A stretch of 49,693 nucleotides of DNA, filler included, from Catajapyx aquilonaris (taxonomy: Eukaryota): NCBI GenBank assembly GCA_000934665.2. It is 2 parts of 2 records of this genome, joined end to end, with 100 filler letters (N's around TTAATTAATTAA, not from the genome) between each part and the next. Parts side by side here need not be neighbours in the genome. Positions count along the whole stretch, not along the records: positions 24,840 to 49,693 come from KZ539356.1; 1 more part is not named here. One strand, 5' to 3'. The translations under genes were made by a program, and so were the position numbers. The notes under the pieces were generated by a model. That model was not told the DNA's origin, did no database searches, and saw nothing but the letters and a program-made list of their open reading frames with translations. This document shows positions 39,331 through 49,693 of the stretch, piece after piece. Within the stretch, counting starts at the first letter, position 1, and each line of letters starts with the position of its first letter.

Positions 39331-39453
39331 GTTAGTATTATTGCTATCATTCTTCTTCTTCTTATCATTATTATTCTTATAAGAAGAATAATAATAATGA
39401 TAAGATGATTATTATCATTATCATCATCATCATCATCATCATTATTATTGTTG

Positions 39454-39502
<49 letters not shown>
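39255..39502. repeat. Compound (TAT)n/(CAT)n/(CTT)n/(GTT)n microsatellite
   Basis: Read directly. Confidence 0.95.
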
Positions 39503-39504
<2 letters not shown>

Positions 39505-40209
39505 GTTTGTCAGAAACATTATGAAACCCCCTTATACTAATTTTTAAAATCATCAATTGACATGTTGCGTTTTAAACGGGTTTGAAAGTCCAGTTGAAAA
39601 TTCAGGTGTTCCAAGACTGAGGGGGGTGGCCATTAAAAATTTACAATACATGTACAAGCTTTAAATTGGAATTCAACGTTTTGAGAGACTGAATATGCAG
39701 AGATATTGGAAAACGCTTTACTTTAGGGTCAGTCGCTATACGATCAATAGTTTTCCATATGGCTTCCAGATTGTTTGAGCATGCTAAGACTATTAGACCA
39801 ATACATCATGCCCGCATATTTTATATACTAATCTTTCTACGTATAATCTCCCGCATTCGCCTAGGTGGTTTTGTGTTTTGGAGAGGAAATGTGTATAAGA
39901 AACGGTTCTTTAATCATAAGAGCTGTTCCACAACACCAATAAGTTCTGTCAAGCTTGGATCGATGATATTAAAGGAAAACACTTTCCCTTGCAGCCTGTT
40001 ATCGGCCCATTTGGGCCATTGCTTATGGGTTTTTAAGAAAGTGATAGGCCTACATAACGATACAGTATAGCTACAGAATTTTGGTGTTGTCAATCAGAAG
40101 TAATACACTAAATACAGCATTCTCTTTGGCACCTATAGGCGTCACTGATCAGGAACTGACATGGAACTGACATGGAACTCCATTATTCTTAGAGCACATT
40201 ACAGATTTA

Positions 40210-40874
40210 CACTTGAGAATCCTTTATCAGAAATTCCGAAATTCGAAAACCTCCAAAATCCGAAAGTTTTTGGAGTGCTGACATGACGCATCATCAATTG
40301 AAAATTATTCCATGTGAGCGTGACTTACTAGCGTCATTACCTGCATCTCCAAGACAGTATATCAAAATATTTAAAATGTATAGGAAACTACCTACAGGGC
40401 TTATGTATAACATCTATTAAGAAATGTAAATGTAAATCGTGTTAAGGTATTTATCCCATACCGAATCTGCCCCCATTTCATAGTATATTTGCAGCTATGA
40501 ATCGTATATGCAAATATACATATCCATATCGTATTACCCCTCATAAAGCGCCATGCCAGTATAAAGCGAGGTCGACCAGCATGCCGGTATAACCCGGGGG
40601 TGGCCGGCATGCCGCAATAACCGAGGTAGATTTCCGTAATTTTGATCCTTGCCAAATTTTTGGAATGCTTCTGGTACCGTACTAAAAATGCTACAATGAA
40701 AATGGGTGAGTGTATCGTACAGGCTGTGTGGATATGCAAGTTCTTTTGCACAGTGCATATAAAAAAAAATGTAGAGTGTGTGACCAATCCCATCGTCAGC
40801 CTGCTTTGACAGGGGAACCCCCTGCTCCACCATACTGATTAAATACAGATAATAATTGCCAGACACTGCAATTG

Positions 40875-40945
<71 letters not shown>

Positions 40946-41244
40946 ACGGGTATGCTATTTGGAAAATGTACCTTTTCGAGAGCTTTTACGTGAATTTCGA
41001 TTTTCAGGCAAATGTCAAGTTCGGAAAGGATCATTATAACTTATGTGAAAACCTCGCCTTATACCGGCATGGCGGTATAGCCACCAGATAATGCATTTCT
41101 GAAAACTGGTCGACCTCGACTACACCGGCATACCGTTTTATGAGAGGTAATAGTCTACGGGTAACTTATATTCCGAAATCCGGAAAAATCCGGATTACGA
41201 AAAACTGCTGGTCCCAAGCATTTCAGAAGAAGGATTCTCAACTG
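40210..41244. mobile_element. Tigger4/Zombi-like pogo-family MITE, interrupted by a nested element
   Basis: TA|CACTTGAGAATCCTTTATCAGAAA ... CTGGTCCCAAGCATTTCAGAAGAAGGATTCTCAACTG|TA, with repeated AAATCCGAAA motifs. The family assignment rests on my recollection of the Tigger4 consensus. Confidence 0.75.
40532..41152. mobile_element. Nested MITE containing an (AT)n tract (about 40877-40942)
   Basis: TIRs TATTACCCCTCATAAAGCGCCATGCCAGTATAAAGCGAGGTCGACCAG and CTGGTCGACCTCGACTACACCGGCATACCGTTTTATGAGAGGTAATA. Confidence 0.85.
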
Positions 41245-41443
41245 TATTTTTGTCATTCCAGCTCAACTGAGTCAAAGTATTGCTCGACCATCTGCGATTA
41301 TTCAGAAAAAAAATCATGGTTGTATAACTTCTCTAAGTCGAACTTCCCTAAGTCGAAGTTCTCTATAAGTCGAAGAAAATGATGAGCTTGGTTGGTCACA
41401 ATGTGAAATAATAGGAAATAAACTTCCCTAACTCGAATTTCTA

Positions 41444-41881
41444 CAGGGTGTATCGGAACTCTACCATAAGCCATATGCCAATGGCGTAATGGTCAGCAGA
41501 TGATCATTTACAGTATCGGAATCATAGGCCTGGGCCGCCGCATGACCGAGATAATTGACCTCAACCAATAGGTATAAAATATCCTGGCAGGTATGCAAAC
41601 CTTCAGCCGCCAATCGCATCACAGGTGAAGGTCGCAGCTATTTTCTGGGGGGCTACTGCCACACTGCTATTGGGGTAGTCACTAAGGACTCTTAGAATGC
41701 AGTTCCCCCCAGATGCACTGCTATTCTACAATCACGCTTAAGCGCAATCGCTACTTCGCAAATGATCAATTATCTACGTGATGTGGCTGCCTAGACATGA
41801 TGACCCCTCTACATATAATGATGCTCTGGTGCCCCTTATGCCATTGGTACATGGCTTATGGTAGAGTTCCGATACACCCTG
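41444..41881. mobile_element. Tc1/mariner-type MITE (CAGGGTGTATCGG ends)
   Basis: TIRs of about 45 bp. The TA duplication is confirmed by the empty site TCGAATTTCTATAACTCGAAG in copy 1 (from 30921). Confidence 0.92.
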
Positions 41882-42263
41882 TATAACTCGAAGTTCTCCA
41901 TAACTCGAAGTGCAGGCAGGGCCTTACGATGGGATATCAATGCATTTTCAGTCTCCCTAAGTCCAAGTTCATGTTGGTTGGCGAGTACGGAGAATTGTCT
42001 CATTTCCCAGCCGAAGGATCGAGAGTAGGCCACATGTACAGAAAGGCTCAATTTCCTGATCTCCATATACCAGATGTACCGAAAGAAGTGTTTGACTCGA
42101 TTGTGACAATTATTGAATCCTTGAATCCAAGAGTAGGCAAATGTCCATAACATAACTTTGTTTTTTTTACCCCAAAACAATGAGGAACATTTTAAGTGTG
42201 ATAGTGACAGCTATTTTTAAGGTTTGAACACCTTTTGTCGCTGGATATAAAGGTAGGCTTCCT

Positions 42264-42388
42264 CAGGCGCGTAGCTGGAAAATTCTTATTGGGGGGNNNN
42301 NNNNNNNNNNNNNNNNNNNNNNNNNNNNNNNNNNNNNNNNNNNNNNNNNNNNNNNNNNNCCCCCCCCCCCCCCGTAGCTACGCGCCTG
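42264..42388. mobile_element. hAT-type MITE (interior partly N)
   Basis: TIRs CAGGCGCGTAGCT and AGCTACGCGCCTG. Perfect 8-bp TSD GGCTTCCT, present only once at the empty site in copy 1 (about 31280). Confidence 0.92.
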
Positions 42389-42505
42389 GGCTTCCTTATA
42401 GGGTTATGTGCTTTAAAAATTCCAAACTTCTCTAACTCGAATCTTTTATAACGCGAAGTTTTTTTCTTGTCCCATGGAGATTCGACTTATAGAAGTTTTA
42501 CTGTA

Positions 42506-43278
42506 CATACCATTGACCTAACGCGAAATATCAAATTTCCTCCCTATTGTGCAACACTGGTGAGAGTGGGGCGCTCCCAGAATTTGGGCCGGGCGGGAAA
42601 TCAGCCCTTTTTTGGCGAATTATTTCGGTGTGAGGCCCTCATCCAAACCCATCAAACTTATATATCAAAAGAAAAGGGAAGATGAGGAGAATGCAGCTAT
42701 ATGGAAATGGTTTCACTCACAAATTCAATCAGAAAAAAACGTGCCTGACTTTACATCGGTCAAATTTCCAAGAATTTGGACCTCGAAAAATTAGTCGATA
42801 TATTTGAACCACATATTTCATATTTGGTGACACGAATATAGACCCACACAAGTTGCATTGTCTACTTTGAACCTTGAATCATGAATAGTTCGTGAGCAAA
42901 AAAAATGAGAAACTTGTGAGTTTTTGGGAAATTTCTCGACCTTTCACCCCGTGTCACCAAATATGAAATATGTGGTTCAAATACATCACTAATTTTTCGA
43001 GGCCCAAATTCTTGGAAATTTGACCGATGTAAAGCCAGGCACGTTTCTTTCTGATTGAATTTGTCAGTGAAACAATTTCCATAGCTGCATTCTCCTCATC
43101 TTCCTCTTTCTTTTGATGCATAATTTGATGGGTTTGGACGAGGGCCTCATACCGAAATAATTCGCCAAAAAAGGGCTGATTTCCCGCTCGGCCCAAATTT
43201 TGGAAGCGCCCCCCTCCCACCAGTGTTGCACAATAGGGAGGAAATTTGATATTTCGCGTTAGGTCTAGCTAGGGTATG
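42506..43278. mobile_element. Fold-back element with about 330-bp arms
   Basis: Arms at 42506-42834 and 42950-43278, ends TA|CATACC ... GGTATG|TA. The ORF track shows mirrored peptides (QNLGRAGNQPFFGELFR). Confidence 0.9.
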
Positions 43279-43492
43279 TACATACAACCATTATTTATTC
43301 AGAAAAATCGGAGATGGTCGAGCAACACTTTGACACTTTGACTCACAGTCAGTTGAGCTGGAATGACCCATTTATATGTTGCAGTTGGAGAACTTAAACA
43401 CAATCGTTAATGCTATACACTATACAGTATGTATCCTATAGTAGAATGGTGATCCATTGTTTGTGTGGGTTGTCCTCCATTTTTTCTTGCAG

Positions 43493-43669
43493 GCTCTGGG
43501 CTTGACATGTGTATGCGTGTGGAGATATGGCGCCAATACCAGCCCCATCGCCGTGGACACTTTGGACAAAACCCACGTAGTTATTGCCACGTTTTCATCC
43601 TTCCTTATGATCAGCGCCGCTCTGCTACTCTGCCACCTCATTGATGAAGATCCATACGCATGCTCAATC
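43493..43669 (+). CDS. Gene 2 exon 2, MARVEL/Snakeskin-like membrane protein
   Basis: ttttttcttgcag|GCT...ATC|gtaagt, 177 nt, phase 0/0, encoding ALGLTCVCVWRYGANTSPIAVDTLDKTHVVIATFSSFLMISAALLLCHLIDEDPYACSI. Confidence 0.9.
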
Positions 43670-44785
43670 GTAAGTGCTCACATTTTCTTGCATGATGTGC
43701 ATTGTGCATGTCACTATAGTTATATCGTATTACTGAGTAAACGGATTTCTCCATTTAAAAACTACACAGAACACCCCCCCCCCCCAGACAACTGAAAGTA
43801 ACTGATAGGGCGAGTCATGAGATGGCATTTTAATGCATTTTAAATGTAAGTTTTGTAAATCGTGGATTGGTAGGCCTAGTTTAGCCACAAATTTGGAGGT
43901 CGGTTTGGATCTAACTGGTTTTGCTTCGAATCTAGTGCATCTATACAGCTGGTTTTGCTTGGAAAAAAGTATTTTTTTTCCACAGAAATTATTTTTTAAT
44001 AATAATATGGAGAGTAGTAAAATGAGGATTCCACTATATACTCATGAGACAGGCTCATGTACCGTATATGTTTCATATTAATACGAAAAAAACTAAATTA
44101 AACACATTTAACATTATGGAAAATTTATCGCATTGGAGTTTGATTGTTTTGTACACAAACTTGGATCTAGCTGCTTTATTTGCTTGCAGAGATCTAAAAA
44201 TCTTATACTTTATGCTTTGAATCTAGCTGTTTTTGCTTAGGACACGCATTTTTGGAGCCATTGTACGCCCATTTCTATAACTGACACTGTGTGGCTGTGC
44301 TACACCATATTTGGGTACTGGGTAGAGGGCGTCATGGAGAATCCAATGCCACTTCAAACTCATTTTTTCCCACGGTCGGATATAGCTGCTTTTGCTTGGT
44401 AGCTCTTCAAACCGTGAACGGGGCAAAATAATTAAATCGGGCGAAAAAATGGAGGCGTAGCTCACAAATTCGTATCGTTTCAAATGTGTAGGGTTTGCAG
44501 GTTTTGGTCGAACAGAAGGCCCTACCTGACGAACGAAGGAGGTAAAATTGCGGGAAAAGGATGATTTATCACGTAGGCTATTGCACACTATCGAGTAGGC
44601 TACACCTGTATCTGTAGGCTACGTCAAACTTGGCCATTTAGAAAGGGTCATTTGCGTCTTTATATCCCCCAAAACAATGGCATCGAATTACGCACTTGGA
44701 GGCAGCGATTCGCCAGAATCCATGTCAGTGTGCCTCGAACTATTTCTGCTATTTGGCTGACGCGAATGGTGTATTATCCTTCTAG

Positions 44786-45040
44786 GAATGCATCCTGAAT
44801 CCAATTGGAGGAATTCTGTACATAGCCAGCGGCGCCATCTTCCTGGACTTCTACTCCAGCTCGCATCCGACGTTCAACCAGCCCATCTCCTACTTGTACT
44901 TCACTGGACAGGAGGTACCCTATTCGGACATGAGAGGAAACGGCATCGCTGTGGGAGTGCTCGCCCTTGTCAACGGAATTTTCTACCTAGTTGACACTCT
45001 CGTGGCGATCATGAATCGTGGTTCTGCTATGAACGACTGA
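44786..45040 (+). CDS. Gene 2 exon 3 (terminal), MARVEL/Snakeskin-like membrane protein
   Basis: tatccttctag|GAA...TGA, 84 aa, encoding ECILNPIGGILYIASGAIFLDFYSSS...GIAVGVLALVNGIFYLVDTLVAIMNRGSAMND*. This frame is absent from the ORF track. Confidence 0.9.
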   Translation, partial: ECILNPIGGILYIASGAIFLDFYSSSHPTFNQPISYLYFTGQEVPYSDMRGNGIAVGVLALVNGIFYLVDTLVAIMNRGSAMND

Positions 45041-47378
45041 GTTTATCGCTGATCAACTTGCTACTCTTCCAATAGATTTGGACCATAAAAGATATGGCGC
45101 TCACGGTAACCGGGATTGCCACTGTGTAGTGTGACCTACTTTCATGTAAAACGCTCCTTGCATTGTCTCAGCAAATGGAGCAATTTTATACTGTTGAGAA
45201 GACCGTCCTTTTTTATTATTTTCCATAACTGGATTCCTTAAGTATCATGATTGTATTTTTGTATGATATAGGTATAGAATGCCAGCTATTATCATTCCGC
45301 ATCATTGTTTTAACTGCCAGACTTTTCATGTTTATATTTGCGAATCATTTACAAACTTCTTTTTTTTCATGTTCAACATGATGTGCTAAATCACTATGTA
45401 GACCAGAGTACAAATGGTTCAAAAAATGTATTATTCAGTAACAGTGCATTTTTATGGAAGACAAATGGGACACTTGGCTCTTCGAAGTGATCTCCATATT
45501 TCATCTGTGCCAAGTGTCAATTTCTACAGCCACGAATTGTATCAGGCAATTGACTGATTTGGCTCACTTGCACGAGAGGAGTCAGACAATCAGATGAATC
45601 TGTTACGTTTGAGTGAATCTCGGGTGAATTGCAGGTAAATCGTGGAGAAATCACGGTGAATTTTATAGGTTTTTGTGGGAATATCGGAGCCCTCCGCGAG
45701 CGCGGAATAGTGTTTAACTGACAATAAAGATGTCTCCAGCCGGGCATTATGTTTATGCTGTGTTCCAACTGAAGTCATGTACAGTGTTTAGTTACCAAAC
45801 CTTTTGGTAATTAAGAAGTTAAGCCATACTCCAGAATAGTTACTTCTAGGGACAAAAAATTGCGACTTATAAAATAATGTTAGGTTGAATGAAATCATAA
45901 TCTACCTTACTGCCTAAACACGGAAGAAAATTGATGAGAAGGGTGCACAGTTTATAAAAAAATATGAGTCTATACGGTCAAACAGGGGAACCTGTGATCA
46001 ATCCATCAACCATCCATTCAACTTAATATTAGAAGTAATATTTTGACTGACTCTAGAGGTGACTGTTACAGAGGAAATGGTTAATGTAAAGCAACTTTGT
46101 GTCAGAAAAGTTGAGTAACTAAATGAATGATGTCCGTTGGAACACCTGCATCGTTATGCAATGAAATAATTGCGATGCAGTACATCAGTACAGTACATGG
46201 TGAATGGTGCATATTAGGGTTTCCATATTTTGTTCAAACAAGCCTATTCACCTTTAGCATTAAGAATGTTTTGTAATACAAACGTCTCAATAATGTACGT
46301 GATGTGTAACTTTCTCTCCAGTCTGTTTTGTTTCATCCAAAGAACAAAGTTTTGTTACAGTTTGTGCATTTTATTGCGGCATTGCCGTATAAATACTCCA
46401 ATACTGCTGTATAATGTTAATCCTGTCATGGTTGGGACATGCCAAAGACTACATTTCATATAGTGGCCCAAACTCATGTAATCACTTAATTGCATACTAG
46501 TAGCTCTTCTATTGTGCAAGGCAGTACTATATGATCTATGCCAAAAGATTCTGGAGGTGCTGCTGTATATCTTTTATAATTATTGTCACAATCAGAACAC
46601 TAAGCTCTATTCAAAAAAAGTATTAAATTGAGTTAGAACTTTTATGAGGTAGTGTGTGTACCATAAGTGTCTGTTTATTGGGGGAGGGGGAGGAATTGGC
46701 TTAAAAATTGTGTACTATAATAAAAACTGATGCAAAATAAAATTACTTCCTGTACATTCTTTAGGGGGAAATAGATTGCATAACCAATATGGAAAACCTT
46801 GAACAAGTAAGTATTCATCATATACAAATAAGATGAGATCAACCACTTATATGGGTGTACCTAGTTTATGCTATACTAGCCCTGTAGCCCTTTTTATGCC
46901 ATTGACAAGCCACTCACATTACGAAACGGACAAAGTAAATTGGAATATCAGGCAGGTGAACGTCTGGACTTCACTATGTCCTGTCACAGATAACATACAG
47001 GACTTGAACTAGAATGTTACTCACATAAGCTCATTCAAAGATGTCTCAGATTGCATTCTGCCAGTACAAAAATATTGCAATGCACGAGTACGCACATTGT
47101 TTCCTCCTGATAAGTGCAGTGCTACAAATACCGGTACCCTAAGTAGTGAAAATGTGTGCGTAACTTACAGTTAGTACTCAGCCATAATGTTCTCCATATG
47201 GCCATTTCCGTGATAAAAGTGGTACGTGCGACAATAGTAGTAGGCCATAAAAGTTGAGGCTAGACCTCATCCCCTGTCGATGTGATGCCTGTAAAAACAA
47301 TAGTCACATACTAAATCCATTTTTTCTAGAGTGACCCACTTTTGGGCTCCTCGATAACACTATTCAACACGATATTTA

Positions 47379-48481
47379 TTGTCCATGGAAATTCATCGTC
47401 ATATTCGTGTTCCTTATGTCACAAGTAACTCATAATGGGCATTCATTTTGTATTTGATTTGTTTTTGACCTCGGGGCAGGCAAAAAACCAAAGTCCTCAA
47501 AATAATATAGCAGTTTCTTCCCAATCAAGTGGGCCTAAATGTTGCTAGAGCATCTCGGATTTTTCTGAAAATAATCACAGCTGTACACACCTATCCCATA
47601 ACACTGTATATCAAGTTTGGGCCAAATTTCGCAATACCGTGGGGAGGGAAAAAAATCGCGAAATTTTGAAAATGAGGCCTTTGTTGGATAATTTTTTCGG
47701 TTATTGGAAGTGGTCAAAACCCAATCAAAATATACATCAAATTAAAGAAACGCGAGTAGAATGCGCCTATGGAATTTGCTTTTCTCTAAAATGCATTCAG
47801 AACAACATTTATGGCATTCCATCGGTCACATGTCTAAGAATTTGGCTCCATTAAAATTAATGGTAATTCAGCAAACATATATCTATTAATTTCTCGCGAG
47901 CCATGTATGACCCCGGATTGAAACTGAACATATTGAATCTTGTATGGGTCACAACTCCTGTCACCAAATATGGCTTCTCTTACAAAAATACATCACTAAT
48001 TGTTGGGGTCTAAACACTTGGACATGTTACTGAGCATGTGACCGATGGAATGCCACACACGTTTTTCTGAGTGCATTTTCGAGAAAAACGCATTCCATAT
48101 GCGCATTCTACTCGCGTTTCTTTCATTTGATGTATATTTTGATTGGGTTTTGACCACTTCCAATAACAGAAAAAGAATATCCAAAAAGGCCAATTTTCAA
48201 AATTTCACGATTTTTTTTCCCTCCCCACGGTATTTGGCAATTTGCCTGAAACTTGACGGGCAGTGTTAGGGGATATGTGTGTATAGCTGTGATTATTTTC
48301 AGAAAAATCCGAGATGGTTTAGCAACATTTAGGCCCACTTGATTGGGAAAAAACTGCTCTATTTGAGGACTTTGGGTTTTTGATTGCCCCGAGGTCAAAA
48401 ACAAGTCAAAGAAAAAATTACCCATTTTGAGTTTCTTGTGATCTAAGGAACACGAATATGACGATGAATTTCCATGGACAA
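47379..48481. mobile_element. Older fold-back element with about 450-bp diverged arms
   Basis: TTGTCCATGGAAATTCATCGTCATATTCGTGTTCCTTA...ATCGGTCACATG (47379-47832) is inverted at 48034-48481. The true termini and TSD are not resolved and may lie further out. Confidence 0.85.
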
Positions 48482-49693
48482 GAAAAAAGTCAAATTTTGT
48501 TGCATACCGATAGTGTAATCAAGGCGCATTTTAATATATGCATGAATAATATTTTTTTGGGCCAGAGCACATTCACTTTGCAAAATAATTTGGAACCTAA
48601 CCATGACTTTCTCAATAATAAGACAGCCAAAAAGGGTCTGGCTGTTTTTCACCTGAAACCTGGATTTTTTTCAGGATAGGATTAAGCCTATTGTCCAAAA
48701 CTGAGGACTGTACTTCCGTTGGCGCTGACCGATGGCCTTCACAAAACCAGTAAGTTTACATATGACACAGGATGCGGATCAGCTGTCAGCACTAGGCAAA
48801 ATCGCACAAATATTATTATGTAAATCGAGGCATTCGGAATATTGAGGGAACACCTGAAGCGACATGAAAATCCTGAATTATTTTATGGAAGTGTCCGGCA
48901 GAAACAGGCCCTGTGTTCTCCATAAGACTTGTGGTTACAATTTTGCAACAGTGCTTCCCTTCCCGCGTAACCTAACACCCTAACACCCGTAAAACCGCTG
49001 GTAATAACCATATGAGAAGTAGGCCTACTGTACACAGTGGCATTGTAGAGCGAGCAAGAAATGTTTACAAACAAATGCATCAATGATATTCTCATCCGAG
49101 TCGTTATTCCACCAAAAGTGAGAGTGCGCCTTCTTTCGGATTTCATATAGAATCAATCCCCTTAATTTTTTTTCTTCAGGCCGGACCCCCTTGCAAGCGT
49201 TGAAAATGATACTGTATTAGCAGTTAACGTTTTGATGACGACTAAATTAAGTAAATGTGCAACAGCATCTGGTTAAAAAAATGGATAACCATCAATGCAG
49301 ACATTTGAGGCGCTCAGAGGAAAAACGGCATATCCCAACCGACCTCCGATTTTGATATTGTAGTGCTTTTGTACTCTCCTGCCATCTACCTTTCATGTGC
49401 TGAAGTATGCCAAAGCTCACATCATATGGCCTTAGAATACTTAGGTCTGGTCACTCCCTCTTATCGCCTGACTTATCGCTGAGTAAAGGCCTGTTTACGC
49501 CACGGCCATAGAAGATAAGGTCTGGTCACTCCCCACCCACCCCCTGCCGAGGGATTACGCACCGGGTGCTCACTTGAGAGCGCCACAAGACATTTCCCAG
49601 AGCTATCATGTGGCGACCCTACCGGACTAAGGCTGAACTTTACAGGTACGAAAGGGGAGGGCTACATTGGGGGGCCCAACATGGCCGCCGGCG

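Larger units (their letters stand above)
38398..39502 (+). mobile_element. tRNA-derived SINE family A copy, interrupted by an insertion, with expanded microsatellite tail
   Basis: Head at 38398-38441, resuming at 38955 (TTAAGGTCCCGGGTTCGATCCC). Perfect TSD TAGTTTGTCAGA at 38384-38395 and 39503-39514. Confidence 0.9.
41324..42503. mobile_element. pogo/Tigger-type MITE family B, copy 2 (carries two insertions)
   Basis: Colinear with 30805-31402. The right end GAAGTTTTACTG|TA is intact and the left terminus is eroded. Confidence 0.85.
41252..43369. mobile_element. Outer MITE split by nested insertions
   Basis: GTCATTCCAGCTCAACTGAGTCAAAGTATTGCTCGACCATCT...ATGGTTGTA (41252-41324) is an imperfect inverse of TACAACCAT...AGATGGTCGAGCAACACTTTGAC...CAGTTGAGCTGGAATGAC (43283-43367). 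Confidence 0.8.

Noticed and set aside
40534..41034. 166-aa ORF with YIYIYI run
   Set aside because: It reads through an (AT)n tract inside a MITE.
31993..45040. Assigning the gene symbol Ssk
   Set aside because: The resemblance is at family level only, two paralogs are present, and orthology cannot be established by eye.

Overview
Eukaryotic, probably arthropod, genomic DNA made of two segments joined by an artificial 100-bp spacer (N44-TTAATTAATTAA-N44, 24740-24839). The right segment (24840-49693) holds two tandem + strand genes for small four-pass membrane proteins resembling the MARVEL/Snakeskin family. Gene 1 is represented only by its last exon (25337-25567). Gene 2 is complete: three exons (31993-32052, 43493-43669, 44786-45040), 163 aa, with a candidate Inr+DPE promoter. 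Around and inside these genes is a dense set of non-autonomous mobile elements: tRNA-derived SINEs with target-site duplications (TSDs), TA-flanked Tc1/mariner-pogo-type MITEs, hAT MITEs with 8-bp TSDs, a TTAA-targeting element and long fold-back elements, several nested up to three levels deep. In the left segment (1-24739) I found no intact gene or element. It has microsatellites, one minisatellite, one perfect hairpin and short motif fragments (LINE RT, Penelope RT, integrase, THAP) that dissolve after 20-30 codons, so its origin and quality are in doubt. I found no convincing novel multi-gene system. The leads most worth checking are the paralog pair, a fold-back element with inward-facing tRNA-like heads, a Tigger4-like element and the nature of the left segment.
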